A DNA stretch of 64,000 nt from Neoechinorhynchus agilis (taxonomy: Eukaryota; Animalia; Acanthocephala): the NCBI GenBank assembly GCA_051530055.1, contig CM121342.1:6199489-6263488 (forward strand), given 5' to 3'. Numbering within the stretch: position 1 is the first letter of the stretch; the number at the start of each line of letters is the position of its first letter. Shown here piece after piece: positions 37,991 through 51,214 of the stretch. A model generated the notes under the pieces. The model was not told the origin of the DNA and made no database searches. It worked only from the letters and a program-made list of their open reading frames with translations. The translations under genes were made by a program, and so were the position numbers.

Positions 37991-38821
37991 TCACCCTTCC
38001 CAGTCCTCATTGTCGAACTCATCCTCAGATGCAATACTTTCAAAAGCTCCATCAGAAGTGAACTGTCCGTCTTCATCAATGAATGGGCATCGAAAACATC
38101 TATAAGGTGGTTTCGTCGATGCAAGATTTTCTTTATCATGAGGTTTTAAAACCAACTCGTGCATTCCAACTAAATCCACTGCATTTAGAGGAGGAAGTGC
38201 GATCAATCGTGTATAGTTGAAATGTGATTCCCCATCTATAATCTGATTGAGGTACGGTATTGTCCTTAAAGCATTATTAGACCTTGTAATATGAAATCGA
38301 GGTCTTAGTTCGTAAGCCAAACGAGATGCGAGCTTGGAACCAATAGAAAATCGTGTAAGATCATTGTCGCGATCCAACCAATTTCCACAAGGAGGATAAT
38401 TTGTGATGAGTACATCGACTTGTTTCCTGTATCCATATTTAACAACCAATTGGGATACAAGTTTTTGAGAAATACGTTCATACTGAGCTTCATTTCCAAA
38501 TTCAAGATCTGTAGGAGTTTCAGCTGCAAACGCAATTACCGATTCATCCGGACACATCATGAGTCCACAATTGTTTAAACCATAGGCTGATTTTATGGAG
38601 ACCTCCGTTTTAGGACTATTTTCTTGTTCTTCAGCTGGGAAGTAGAAAGTAGGTACCGTAATCGATACCTTAGGGAAATTCCTCAATTCGTAAAATTCAA
38701 TCGGGTATTGTCCAAGGATAAATAGACAGTCGTAAGGATCCACATTGTTTCCAAAGTCAGCCAAAGCTGAGTAAAGAAGAAGGGCTTGGTTCGGGCAATC
38801 GCCAACAAATAGCATACGCAT
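37991..38821 (-). CDS. CWF19L1: CWF19L1/Drn1-like protein, metallophosphoesterase-like N-terminal domain only
   Basis: MLFVGD, YDCLFILG, VDVLITNYPP, GSKLASRLAYELRPRFH, IPYLN, TRLIAL follow the CWF19L1 N-domain motif order; acidic tail then stop. Confidence 0.7.
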   Translation of the reverse strand: MRMLFVGDCPNQALLLYSALADFGNNVDPYDCLFILGQYPIEFYELRNFPKVSITVPTFYFPAEEQENSPKTEVSIKSAYGLNNCGLMMCPDESVIAFAAETPTDLEFGNEAQYERISQKLVSQLVVKYGYRKQVDVLITNYPPCGNWLDRDNDLTRFSIGSKLASRLAYELRPRFHITRSNNALRTIPYLNQIIDGESHFNYTRLIALPPLNAVDLVGMHELVLKPHDKENLASTKPPYRCFRCPFIDEDGQFTSDGAFESIASEDEFDNEDWEG

Positions 38822-39319
38822 TTGATTATCAAAATAATAGAAAACGGTTCGATAGAGTTCTGAAATCGAAATCGATCTTTTAAAGGAACTTTAGAGCTAA
38901 ATCTAAATATAACAGACGAATATTTCGAGTAAATGAAGTGAGAAAAATGAGAAAACCAATGTATTCTTGACGAATAAGAAACCATTACTGGATACCAATC
39001 ACAAACAAAAAATAATGTGACTTTAAAAGTCAAATTTAATAATCATCAGAGCTTTAAAAGACTTCCGATTGTCGAAAGACGAAAAAAATGAAAACTGATT
39101 TTTTGTAACTTTTATCAACTTCGGATTCAATTAAAGGTACCGTCACAAAAGAAATGCCATTTGGGCGGCACTTCAAACAAGAACCTTCCTGAAAATCAAT
39201 GTGATTCCATCCGGGGAATAAAGACAAAATCGAATTCAAGAGGAGCGGCGATCGATGTTAAACATAAATGACTTTTATGTGGAATGTTCGCTAGATATCT
39301 GAATCAAAGAATCGTCGAA

Positions 39320-42300
39320 GGAGGTTCCTTTTCAATGTGAGACCAATTGATTATTTTGTTTGAAAATAAATTGGGATAAATACTAACGAACTTATTTTTA
39401 ATTACCTCTGGACTTTGACTAGGGTCGTAATTTTAAATTGTTTAAATTTCTGGATAAAGAACTGGTTTCATACGTCTTAATGGCTAGAAAAATTGATTTT
39501 CTGGAAGCTTAAAACACCGTTCATTCTTTTAGGAGTGGAAATGTTCAATGGAGGAAGTTAATTTGGATTTCTATCTCAAGACTTCAACAAGCAATCGAAG
39601 GGGAGGAGGTTCCTTTTCAATGTGAGACCAATTGTTTCATATTGATTATTTTGTTTGAAAATAAATTGGGATAAATACTAACGAACTTATTTTTAATTAC
39701 CTCTGGACTTTGACTAGGGTCGTAATTTTAAATTGTTTAAATTTCTGGATAAAGAACTGGTTTCATACGTCTTAATGGCTAGAAAAATTGATTTTCTGGA
39801 AGCTTAAAACACCGTTCATTCTTTAGAGGGAAATGTTCAATGGAGGAAGTTAATTTGGATTTCTATCTCAAGACTTCAACAAGCAATCGAAGGGGAGGAG
39901 GTTCCTTTTCAATGTGAGACCAATTGTTTCATATTGATTATTTTGTTTGAAAATAAATTGGGATAAATACTAACGAACTTATTTTTAATTACCTCTGGAC
40001 TTTGACTAGGGTCGTAATTTTAAATTGTTTAAATTTCTGGATAAAGAACTGGTTTCATACGTCTTAATGGCTAGAAAAATTGATTTTCTGGAAGCTTAAA
40101 ACACCGTTCATTCTTTTAGGAGTGGAAATGTTCAATGGAGGAAGTTAATTTGGATTTCTATCTCAAGACTTCAACAAGCAATCGAAGGGGAGGAGGTTCC
40201 TTTTCAATGTGAGACCAATAGTTTCATATTGATTATTTTGTTTGAAAATAAATTGGGATAAATACTAACGAACTTATTTTTAATTACCTCTGGACTTTGA
40301 CTAGGGTCGTAATTTTAAATTGTTTAAATTTCTGGATAAAGAACTGGTTTCATACGTCTTAATGGCTAGAAAAATTGATTTTCTGGAAGCTTAAAACACC
40401 GTTCATTCTTTTAGGAGTGGAAATGTTCAATGGAGGAAGTTAATTTGGATTTCTATCTCAAGACTTCAACAAGCAATCGAAGGGGAGGAGGTTCCTTTTC
40501 AATGTGAGACCAATAGTTTCATATTGATTATTTTGTTTGAAAATAAATTGGGATAAATACTAACGAACTTATTTTTAATTACCTCTGGACTTTGACTAGG
40601 GTCGTAATTTTAAATTGTTTAAATTTCTGGATAAAGAACTGGTTTCATACGTCTTAATGGCTAGAAAAATTGATTTTCTGGAAGCTTAAAACACCGTTCA
40701 TTCTTTTAGGAGTGGAAATGTTCAATGGAGGAAGTTAATTTGGATTTCTATCTCAAGACTTCAACAAGCAATCGAAGGGGAGGAGGTTCCTTTTCAATGT
40801 GAGACCAATAGTTTCATATTGATTATTTTGTTTGAAAATAAATTGGGATAAATACTAACGAACTTATTTTTAATTACCTCTGGACTTTGACTAGGGTGTA
40901 ATTTTAAATTGTTTAAATTTTGAAAGAACTGGTTTCATACGTCTTAATGGCTAGAAAAATTGATTTTCTGGAAGCTTAAAACACCGTTCATTCTTTTAGG
41001 AGTGGAAATGTTCAATGGAGGAAGTTAATTTGGATTTCTATCTCAAGACTTCAACAAGCAATCGAAGGGGAGGAGGTTCCTTTTCAATGTGAGACCAATA
41101 GTTTCATATTGATTATTTTGTTTGAAAATAAATTGGGATAAATACTAACGAACTTATTTTTAATTACCTCTGGACTTTGACTAGGGTCGTAATTTTAAAT
41201 TGTTTAAATTTCTGGATAAAGAACTGGTTTCATACGTCTTAATGGCTAGAAAAATTGATTTTCTGGAAGCTTAAAACACCGTTCATTCTTTTAGGAGTGG
41301 AAATGTTCAATGGAGGAAGTTAATTTGGATTTCTATCTCAAGACTTCAACAAGCAATCGAAGGGGAGGAGGTTCCTTTTCAATGTGAGACCAATAGTTTC
41401 ATATTGATTATTTTGTTTGAAAATAAATTGGGATAAATACTAACGAACTTATTTTTAATTACCTCTGGACTTTGACTAGGGTCGTAATTTTAAATTGTTT
41501 AAATTTCTGGATAAAGAACTGGTTTCATACGTCTTAATGGCTAGAAAAATTGATTTTCTGGAAGCTTAAAACACCGTTCATTCTTTTAGGAGTGGAAATG
41601 TTCAATGGAGGAAGTTAATTTGGATTTCTATCTCAAGACTTCAACAAGCAATCGAAGGGGAGGAGGTTCCTTTTCAATGTGAGACCAATTGTTTCATATT
41701 GATTATTTTGTTTGAAAATAAATTGGGATAAATACTAACGAACTTATTTTTAATTACCTCTGGACTTTGACTAGGGTCGTAATTTTAAATTGTTTAAATT
41801 TCTGGATAAAGAACTGGTTTCATACGTCTTAATGGCTAGAAAAATTGATTTTCTGGAAGCTTAAAACACCGTTCATTCTTTTAGGAGTGGAAATGTTCAA
41901 TGGAGGATTAATTTGGATTTCTATCTCAAGACTTCAACAAGCAATCGAAGGGGAGGAGGTTCCTTTTCAATGTGAGACCAATTGTTTCATATTGATTATT
42001 TTGTTTGAAAATAAATTGGGATAAATACTAACGAACTTATTTTTATTACCTCTGGACTTTGACTAGGGTCGTAATTTTAAATTGTTTAAATTTCTGGATA
42101 AAGAACTGGTTTCATACGTCTTAATGGCTAGAAAAATTGATTTTCTGGAAGCTTAAAACACCGTTCATTCTTTTAGGAGTGGAAATGTTCAATGGAGGAA
42201 GTTAATTTGGATTTCTATCTCAAGACTTCAACAAGCAATCGAAGGGGAGGAGGTTCCTTTTCAATGTGAGACCAATTGTTTCATATTGATTATTTTGTTT

Positions 42301-43240
42301 GAAAATAAATTGGGATAAATACTAACGAACTTATTTTTAATTACCTCTGGACTTTGACTAGGGTCGTAATTTTAAATTGTTTAAATTTCTGGATAAAGAA
42401 CTGGTTTCATACGTCTTAATGGCTAGAAAAATTGATTTTCTGGAAGCTTAAAACACCGTTCATTCTTTTAGGAGTGGAAATGTTCAATGGAGGAAGTTAA
42501 TTTGGATTTCTATCTCAAGACTTCAACAAGCAATCGAAGGGGAGGAGGTTCCTTTTCAATGTGAGACCAATTGTTTCATATTGATTATTTTGTTTGAAAA
42601 TAAATTGGGATAAATACTAACGAACTTATTTTTAATTACCTCTGGACTTTGACTAGGGTCGTAATTTTAAATTGTTTAAATTTCTGGATAAAGAACTGGT
42701 TTCATACGTCTTAATGGCTAGAAAAATTGATTTTCTGGAAGCTTAAAACACCGTTCATTCTTTTAGGAGTGGAAATGTTCAATGGAGGAAGTTAATTTGG
42801 ATTTCTATCTCAAGACTTCAACAAGCAATCGAAGGGGAGGAGGTTCCTTTTCAATGTGAGACCAATAGTTTCATATTGATTATTTTGTTTGAAAATAAAT
42901 TGGGATAAATACTAACGAACTTATTTTTAATTACCTCTGGACTTTGACTAGGGTCGTAATTTTAAATTGTTTAAATTTCTGGATAAAGAACTGGTTTCAT
43001 ACGTCTTAATGGCTAGAAAAATTGATTTTCTGGAAGCTTAAAACACCGTTCATTCTTTTAGGAGTGGAAATGTTCAATGGAGGAAGTTAATTTGGATTTC
43101 TATCTCAAGACTTCAACAAGCAATCGAAGGGGAGGAGGTTCCTTTTCAATGTGAGACCAATAGTTTCATATTGATTATTTTGTTTGAAAATAAATTGGGA
43201 TAAATACTAACGAACTTATTTTTAATTACCTCTGGACTTT
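39320..43240. repeat. Highly homogeneous tandem array, 295-bp unit, ~13 copies
   Basis: ggaggttccttttcaatgtgagaccaa at ~39320, 39605, 39898, 40193 ... 43133. Confidence 0.97.
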
Positions 43241-44225
43241 GGCGAAAGGGTACGTCTTAAATGTTAAACAATTTGTCGAACTTTATCTACAATCTTATTT
43301 TGTTCTGGACCATCTTAAAAACGTATATCAATTTTCGGATATGGAATTCATGTCTCCTTTAAGCCAAATTCAAGAGATCGGTTAAGGTTTTGTAGATGTT
43401 AATAAGGAACTATTTTAATCAATTTAAATAAGTGCGGTAATAAGCCATTGACTTTTAGTCAAATTCTGAACTATTTTTCAAAATGGCGAAAAATTTTCTT
43501 CGACATATTTTGTTCAATTTTTTAACTTTATTGTTTTTCATCGTTTTAATAAAAACAAATATTTTCTTTTTATCGTATTCAATACGTTCAGGATTCAGAA
43601 AAAAATCCTGAATCTACTTTCTAGTTAAATTCGAACTGTACTTATCAGCTTTATGGACGGCATTGTTTATCAAATCTTCCACTGAGAAGACAGAATACCG
43701 CGAGGTTTTTTATCGTGATCTTTAATGTTTTTTGGTTAAGAAAATGGTAATTTTATGGCACTTGTTTTTGGTCTCATTTTTTTAGCGAAATAACACATTT
43801 TATATTAAAAAATATTGGCGAAAATAAATTAAAATAACTGATTTTGAACGTCTCAATGATTGCTTCTGAGTTTTTATTATTTTAATGTTATCTTCGTATT
43901 TCCCGGCCGCTGCAATCTTCTTTTGTTCCGAAGACAAATGTGGACTCTCCCATAAAATCCAATATCCCATTATGTAAATATGATTTATTCGTGAGTTTTT
44001 ACCTTTTTGAAGATTGCTACAATGTATCCCAAACGAAAAAAGGTATCGTTTCTTTATATCATTTGAGTATTTAGCACTTATTACATTTAAGAACTCATTT
44101 TTGTTGCTTGGAAATACTTGTAGGATTTTTTGATCGTCTGTTTAATCAGAGGTGAAATCGACGTTTTCGTTCTTAAGAATAATTCAGGTATTTTATATTT
44201 AATAGTATCGAGAGTGTTGAGAATT

Positions 44226-44437
44226 GAATTCGAATTTGGCGATGTTTTTCCCCCGGATTGTTGTTGTTGATCATTTATTTTAAAATATTTCGTATGCTAT
44301 TTGCTTCTTCGCGAATAAAGCACTTTAACAATATGACTGAAGAGGTAAGCAAAAAAAAAGCTTACGAAATATTTCAAAATAAATGATCAACACCAACAAT
44401 CCGGGGGAAAAACATCGCCAAACTCGAATCAAATTCA
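44226..44437. mobile_element. MITE-like foldback, ~70-bp arms
   Basis: tttggcgatgtttttcccccggattgttg..tgatcatttatttt..aaatatttcgta vs tacgaaatattt..aaataaatgatcaaca..caacaatccgggggaaaaacatcgccaaa. Confidence 0.65.
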
Positions 44438-45679
44438 CCCCTACGACAATTCTCTATGATATAATTGAATATTGGCGAACATTTTTTGGCGATAATTCCT
44501 AAATGTCCTCGGCATCAAATGATTGGACGAAAGGTCGCTATCAAGCATTTGAATCTTAGTTTTATTACGAATTCCAATAGACATGCTAACTTACATATTT
44601 ATAAATTTTTAATTGTTATATTTTTAGTATTTAAAGTTTTGCGAAAACTCTATATAAACCAAGAGAAAATCTCAATTATGTGTAGTTTTTCTATTGATTT
44701 TCGTGTAGCGGCTGTATTGTATAGATTTCAGCTCAATAATGAACATTCTCAAAAGAGACATTGAGATGGGTTTCTTCTCATAAAGTCTAATATTGATGCT
44801 CTCGTTAACGCAAAACGTTGGCAGATCGATCGTCAGTAAAGAAAGTGACCGAAAATTAACCACGGTAATTAAATTGACTGCTACATCAAATTTGCAATTA
44901 ATGGATTTGATAAAGTTTGTAAAGCACTACGTTCTTATTATGTTGTCCGTTTTTCATTATTTTAACCCCGAGTTCTGACTATGAGACCCCTTGATCTTCT
45001 GAGTAATTTGAAATTGAGATCCCTGGTTTAATTGAGCTTACCAAATTTAAATTGGTGCTGCTTTGGGCAATTCACATTATCAATTTAAACCCCCATTTTA
45101 ATCCACCGTAAACGCACTAATAATCAATTTAGTACATCGTTTGAAAAATGTGGGAACGATCATAAATGTATCAGAATTTCTTGCTTTTGAAATAAGTGTA
45201 GATTCGAGCTCGTTTCGACTGAATCCGTTAGATTAAATAAAGGTACCGCGGTACCTTAAATATCCGATCACCACGAGGATGCACTTTATCGATATGTAGA
45301 ATGTTTCAATGCGAGAATTCCGAACATTTTTTGAGTTTAATTGATGATCCATCCAACAATTCCACTTTGTTTTTCGCTGTACCGTAATTCACAACTCGAA
45401 ATCCCAACTCCATTCACTTATTATTTCCGCCATGGAAGGCAAAGCAAAAATAGGGATTTTATTATCAATTAACAAACGAAGAGTTTTGCATTTTACTAAT
45501 AAAAATCTATAATTTTTGTTTTTGCTTATGATTCAAATGCTTATAATCCACAAAGCTAAGAAAAATCTTTATTTATTAGTGCGATCAATGATTTTTTGAA
45601 AGTCATTGAAGACCTGTAAAACAAATTCTATTGAATTAACCAAATAAATGGTCAGATTTTTCCACGGGCATTTTCAGAC

Positions 45680-46190
45680 AAATTCACAAAAATTATGTAA
45701 ATTTATTGAATCGATATTTCGACTAAATCCAGAGCTTTTATCGAAATTGTTTGTTGTTCTGGATTGAGTCGAAATATCGTTTAAATAAATTTACATAATT
45801 TTTGTCGCCTTAAATTTATTTAAACGATATTTCGACTCAATCCAGAACAACAAACAATCTCGATAAAAGCTTTGGGTTGAGCCTAAATATCGATTCAATA
45901 AATTTACATAATTTTTGTCGCCTTAAATTTATTTAAACGATATTTCGACTCAACCCAAAGCTTTTATCGAGATTGTTTGTTGTTTTTAAACGATATTTCG
46001 ACTCAATCCAAAGCTTTTATCGAGATTGTTTGTTGTTCTGAATTGAGTCGAAATATCGTTTAAATAAATTTACATAATTTTTGTCGCCGTAAATTTATTG
46101 AATCGATATTTCGACTCAATCCAAAGCTTTTATCGAGATTGTTTGTTGTTGTGGATTGAGTCGAAATATCAATTTAATAAATTAACATAA
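45680..46190. repeat. Array of ~110-bp hairpin units in mixed orientation
   Basis: gatatttcgactcaatcc / ggattgagtcgaaatatc arms; the core atcgagattgtttgttgtt appears forward in most units and reversed at ~45845-45870. Confidence 0.85.
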
Positions 46191-46694
46191 TTTATGTCTC
46201 CACTACACAACAACAATGCGCAGTTTCATTTTTCAAGATAAAATTCAGTATTGTAAATAATAAAAAACGGTAGGAATTACAGGAAAGTTTTTGCATTTTA
46301 AAATTGATTGTTGCTTATTTGTGTGAAATAAAAAGACACATTGGTCAATGACACACGCACTCAGTTCACAGTTATTTATAGCATGTAAAAACTTTTCTGT
46401 TTTCTTCATTTGCATTCTCCACGGTCTGCCATTTTTCTTCTATTGAACCAAAGAGAGATACGAAGCGTTGCACCGAGAAAAATTCCACCATTTTTCCATC
46501 GCGTTCACTATTCCAAGACACTCAAGGATTAGTGATCATTTCTGAGATTTTATGAACTTTTCACCTTGTTTTCAATGAGTGGCACTTGTCGACCTCGTCG
46601 TAGACAGTTTTTAAAAAGTCGTTCATATTCTTTAAATTTAAAAAAGCAACATCAACAACATATTCAAGCTTACAACGACAACAACAATCCAATT

Positions 46695-46895
46695 ATGCTG
46701 CTATTGACGTTCGCTTTTGTTGTCCTGTCTTGTATTATGGTACCAATAACCCAGTGTTTTACGGTCTGCACAATATCAGCAATTTTATCAGGACAATCTT
46801 ATGGTCCTTTGGCGGAATTCACCATGTCGCTCTGTACGCTCGCAGTCACATCGCTCTCGAAAAAACCGAGGAATCGAATCAGTGGCGCCATATAA
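46695..46895 (+). CDS. Hypothetical small secreted/membrane peptide (66 aa)
   Basis: MLLLTFAFVVLSCIMVPITQC leader; its last codons and stop form the start of the 240-bp repeat unit. Confidence 0.3.
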   Translation: MLLLTFAFVVLSCIMVPITQCFTVCTISAILSGQSYGPLAEFTMSLCTLAVTSLSKKPRNRISGAI

Positions 46896-48548
46896 CGTGA
46901 GCCGAAGATGAGAGATAATTTTATCTGAGGTGTAAATGTCCTCTTTTAGACGAAAGAGGAGGCGATCTTTGACACCTTTTATTGTTGTATCGATATTCAT
47001 CCATATAAATCCTTTATTGTGTATCGTTCAAAATAGTCAAACATCCATGAGTATGTGGATAATGGGGAAAATTTATATACCGAAAAAATAATATTTCGTC
47101 GGTTTCGAGGAATCGAATCAGTGGCGCCATATAACGTGAGCCGAAGATGAGAGATAATTTTATCTGAGGTGAAAATGTCCTCTTTTAGACGAAAGAGGAG
47201 GCGATCTTTGACACCTTTTATTGTTGTATCGATATTCATCCATATAAATCCTTTATTGTGTATCGTTCAAAATAGTCAAACATCCATGAGTATGTGGATA
47301 ATGGGGAAAATTTATATACCGAAAAAAATAATATTTCGTCGGTTTCGAGGAATCGAATCAGTGGCGCCATATAACGTGAGCCGAAGATGAGAGATAATTT
47401 TATCTGAGGTGTAAATGTCCTCTTTTAGACGAAAGAGGAGGCGATCTTTGACACCTTTTATTGTTGTATCGATATTCATCCATATAAATCCTTTATTGTG
47501 TATCGTTCAAAATAGTCAAACATCCATGAGTATGTGGATAATGGGGAAAATTTATATACCGAAAAAAATAATATTTCGTCGGTTTCGAGGAATCGAATCA
47601 GTGGCGCCATATAACGTGAGCCGAAGATGAGAGATAATTTTATCTGAGGTGTAAATGTCCTCTTTTAGACGAAAGAGGAGGCGATCTTTGACACCTTTTA
47701 TTGTTGTATCGATATTCATCCATATAAATCCTTTATTGTGTATCGTTCAAAATAGTCAAACATCCATGAGTATGTGGATAATGGGGAAAATTTATATACC
47801 AAAAAAAATAATATTTCGTCGGTTTCGAGGAATCGAATCAGTGGCGCCATATAACGTGAGCCGAAGATGAGAGATAATTTTATCTGAGGTGTAAATGTCC
47901 TCTTTTAGACGAAAGAGGAGGCGATCTTTGACACCTTTTATTGTTGTATCGATATTCATCCATATAAATCCTTTATTGTGTATCGTTCAAAATAGTCAAA
48001 CATCCATGAGTATGTGGATAATGGGGAAAATTTATATACCGAAAAAATAATATTTCGTCGGTTTCGAGGAATCGAATCAGTGGCGCCATATAACGTGAGC
48101 CGAAGATGAGAGATAATTTTATCTGAGGTGTAAATGTCCTCTTTTAGACGAAAGAGGAGGCGATCTTTGACACCTTTTATTGTTGTATCGATATTCATCC
48201 ATATAAATCCTTTATTGTGTATCGTTCAAAATAGTCAAACATCCATGAGTATGTGGATAATGGGGAAAATTTATATACGAAAAAAAATAATATTTCGTCG
48301 GTTTCGAGGAATCGAATCAGTGGCACCATATAACGTGAGCCGAAGATGAGAGATAATTTTATCTGAGGTGTAAATGTCCTCTTTTAGACGAAAGAGGAGG
48401 CGATCTTTGACACCTTTTATTGTTGTATCGATATTCATCCATATAAATCCTTTATTGTGTATCGTTCAAAATAGTCAAACATCCATGAGTATGTGGATAA
48501 TGGGGAAAATTTATATACCGAAAAAAATAATATTTCGTCGGTTTCGAG
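46866..48548. repeat. Tandem array, 240-bp unit, 7 copies
   Basis: cgaggaatcgaatcagtggcgccatataacg at 46866, 47106, 47346, 47586, 47826, 48065, 48304. Confidence 0.97.
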
Positions 48549-48985
48549 ATTGAAAGTTAGAAAGCGGTATTAGCGAAAATCGGTCGTTCAAAATAGACCG
48601 GAAACGAACAATTTTAACTTTGCAACAAATAATTCTTATCGTTCACAATAAATTATTTGTGTACTTTTATTGTTTTGCAACAGTCTGTCGAGATGTTTTT
48701 GGTTCCCAAAAGTATTCAAGAGACAAACAAAAGTTGCAAGTTCAAAGCACTTTTTAAAAACTTTAAATAGTAATGCTAAAATGTAACTGCACATAAACAA
48801 AAATTCTTATTTTTCTCCACATAAAAAGTTAAAAATCGTTTTAGTCGACTTTTCTCCAATTAACCACGATACTGTTTAATGGAGGAAGTAAACTTTTTGA
48901 GAAACTTGCATCATTTTAATGGCAGAACAATTTGACTATTTCATAAATAAATCACATTAGAAAATCCGTATCGGGATGGTAAATT

Positions 48986-49619
48986 TTGATTTTTCAATTT
49001 AACCGTGATTATCTTCACCACAAGTCAAAAAAATTAGAAAATATCATTGTTTTCGGGGTAAATTTGATTCCCGATGTTGTCGATGCTTATTTGAGAAATA
49101 TTTCACATTTAAGTGCGAATAAAACACTTCAACAAATTGAAGAAGCAAGGAAACCCTTGAGAAATATTTCTCAAATGAGTATCGATAACACCGACGTACA
49201 ATCAGAAAATATCATCGTCAATTTAGCGAGATTCAAGTCCAATCATGAAATCATCGATCTTTAAATCAATGACAAGGGTACATATTGAAACAAGTGGAAT
49301 TGATAGTTGTATGCCATAGACGCTATTCAGTCGTATAATTGTGGACATTAAGACCCTGGCGTATCGATCGAGACTATTCAAAGTCAACTTCACCAATGGC
49401 AAACTGATGGGCACATACTTCACATTCTACTCCCTGGTGGGTGAAATGACGGTTTCCTTTGAGGAAGGGGAGGGAAATAATCTCTACCAATGGGAATTAT
49501 TCCGTCCTAACGATTGCCACTGGTTTCGTCGATTGTCTCATACTCCACAATGCTCTGAATCGCAGTTGGCCCATGGAGTTGACTTTACTCCCTTTCGGGT
49601 TGGGTCGTCTAGACTCTAA
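48986..49619 (+). CDS. Possible hypothetical protein or pseudogene fragment (two coding-like segments)
   Basis: Adjacent ORFs 48986-49264 and 49341-49619 in more GC-rich DNA; junction not resolved; no homology recognised. Confidence 0.25.
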
Positions 49620-49849
49620 GGGACAAAAAAGCTGAGAGTGCGTCAATATGAGAAAAAAACGAGATATGGACCTTTTTCCTATCCATTTCACTATTCTACA
49701 AAATAAAAATTGTCCAAAGGTCATCCGAAGAACGTCTTTTTAATCGAAATAATCATTTAGTGCGCGAATGTAGACTTTTAAACAATAATAAATCCAAAAT
49801 ATACTTTCTTTTTGTTAAGAAATTATTATAGTTTTAGTTTCAATTAGCG

Positions 49850-50810
49850 ATGTTTGATTCAGAAAAGTAGATTTATCTTGGAAATTTTCGGGCTTTCGTT
49901 GGCCTTCTTTAGTCAACTGTTTCGCAAGTTTGATATTTTTCAGAAAAAATAGATTTATCTTGGAAATTTTCGGGCTTTCGTTGGCCTTCTTCAGTCAATT
50001 GTTTCGCAAGTTTGATATTTTTCAGAAAAAATAAATTTATCTTGGAAATTTTCGGGCTTTTCGTTGGCCTTCTTAGTCAATTGTTTCGCAAGTTTACAAA
50101 TATCCGACACGGGACTCGGATATTTTTCAGAGATAGATTTATCTTGGAAATTTTCGGGCTTTCGTTGGCCTTTTTTAGTCAATTGTTTCACAAGTTTGAT
50201 ATTTTTCAAAAAAATAGATTTATCTTGGAAATTTTCGGGCTTTTCGTTGGCCTTCTTAGTCAATTGTTTCGCAATTTTATAAATATCCGACATGGGACTC
50301 GGATATTTTTCAGAGATAGATTTATCTTGGAAATTTTCGGGCTTTTCGTTGGCCTTCTTTAGTCAATTGTTTCGCAAGTTTGATATTTTTCAAAAAAAAT
50401 AGATTTATCTTGGAAATTTTCGGGCTTTTCGTTGGCCTTCTTTAGTCAATTGTTTCGGAAGTTTATAAATATCCGACACGGGACTCGGATATTTTTCAGA
50501 GATAGATTTATCTTGGAAATTTTCCGGCGTTTCGTTGGCCTTCTTAGTCAATTGTTTCGCAAGTTTGATATTTTTCAAAAAAAATAGATTTATCTTGGAA
50601 ATTTTCGGGCTTTTCGTTGGCCTTCTTTAGTCAATTGTTTCGCAAGTTTACAAATATCCGACACGGGACTAGGATATTTTTCAGAAAAAATAGATTTATC
50701 TTGGAAATTTTCGGGCTTTCGTTGGCCTTTTTTAGTCAATTGTTTCGCAGGTTGATATTTTTCAGAAAAAATAGATTTATCTTGGAGATTTTCGGGCTAA
50801 TTTTTTCACA
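49850..50810. repeat. Minisatellite, ~78-bp unit with a longer ~105-bp variant, ~11 copies
   Basis: tagatttatcttggaaattttcgggc..ttcgttggccttc..tagtcaa; long variant adds aaatatccgacacgggactcgg. Confidence 0.93.
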
Positions 50811-51214
50811 ATTAGACGCCCTTCCTCGCCAAAATCGCATAAACACCCCCACTTTCGACGCCCCCACGGCACATCCCATTTCCTCCGTGGTTTCTAGACG
50901 AAACCCAACCTTCTTCGCAAACACCCCGCCAACTCTACTAGGCAGTGTTCCTCTACCCCCTCCCTCACATTACATCATTTATTTGCGAGTTTGTTGGTTT
51001 CCCAATGGGGTAGACATTTGGGACAAATTGCGCTTTCCAAAAACAATTACTTCCAAATGATCAAATCATCGGAAACGAAATAGTAGACGGAATAATTGGT
51101 ATTAATCGACTGTTGCGATGACTTTTTGTGGGACACAAAACATTAAATCACTTTAAAGTCCAAAGATTAAATCGGTCGATTTTTTTAGATTTGAAATAAT
51201 GATCACTGTCAAGC

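Noticed and set aside
46788-48349. ORFs MNIDTTIKGVKDRLL and MSSFRRKRRRSL
   Set aside because: They arise from the 240-bp tandem unit.
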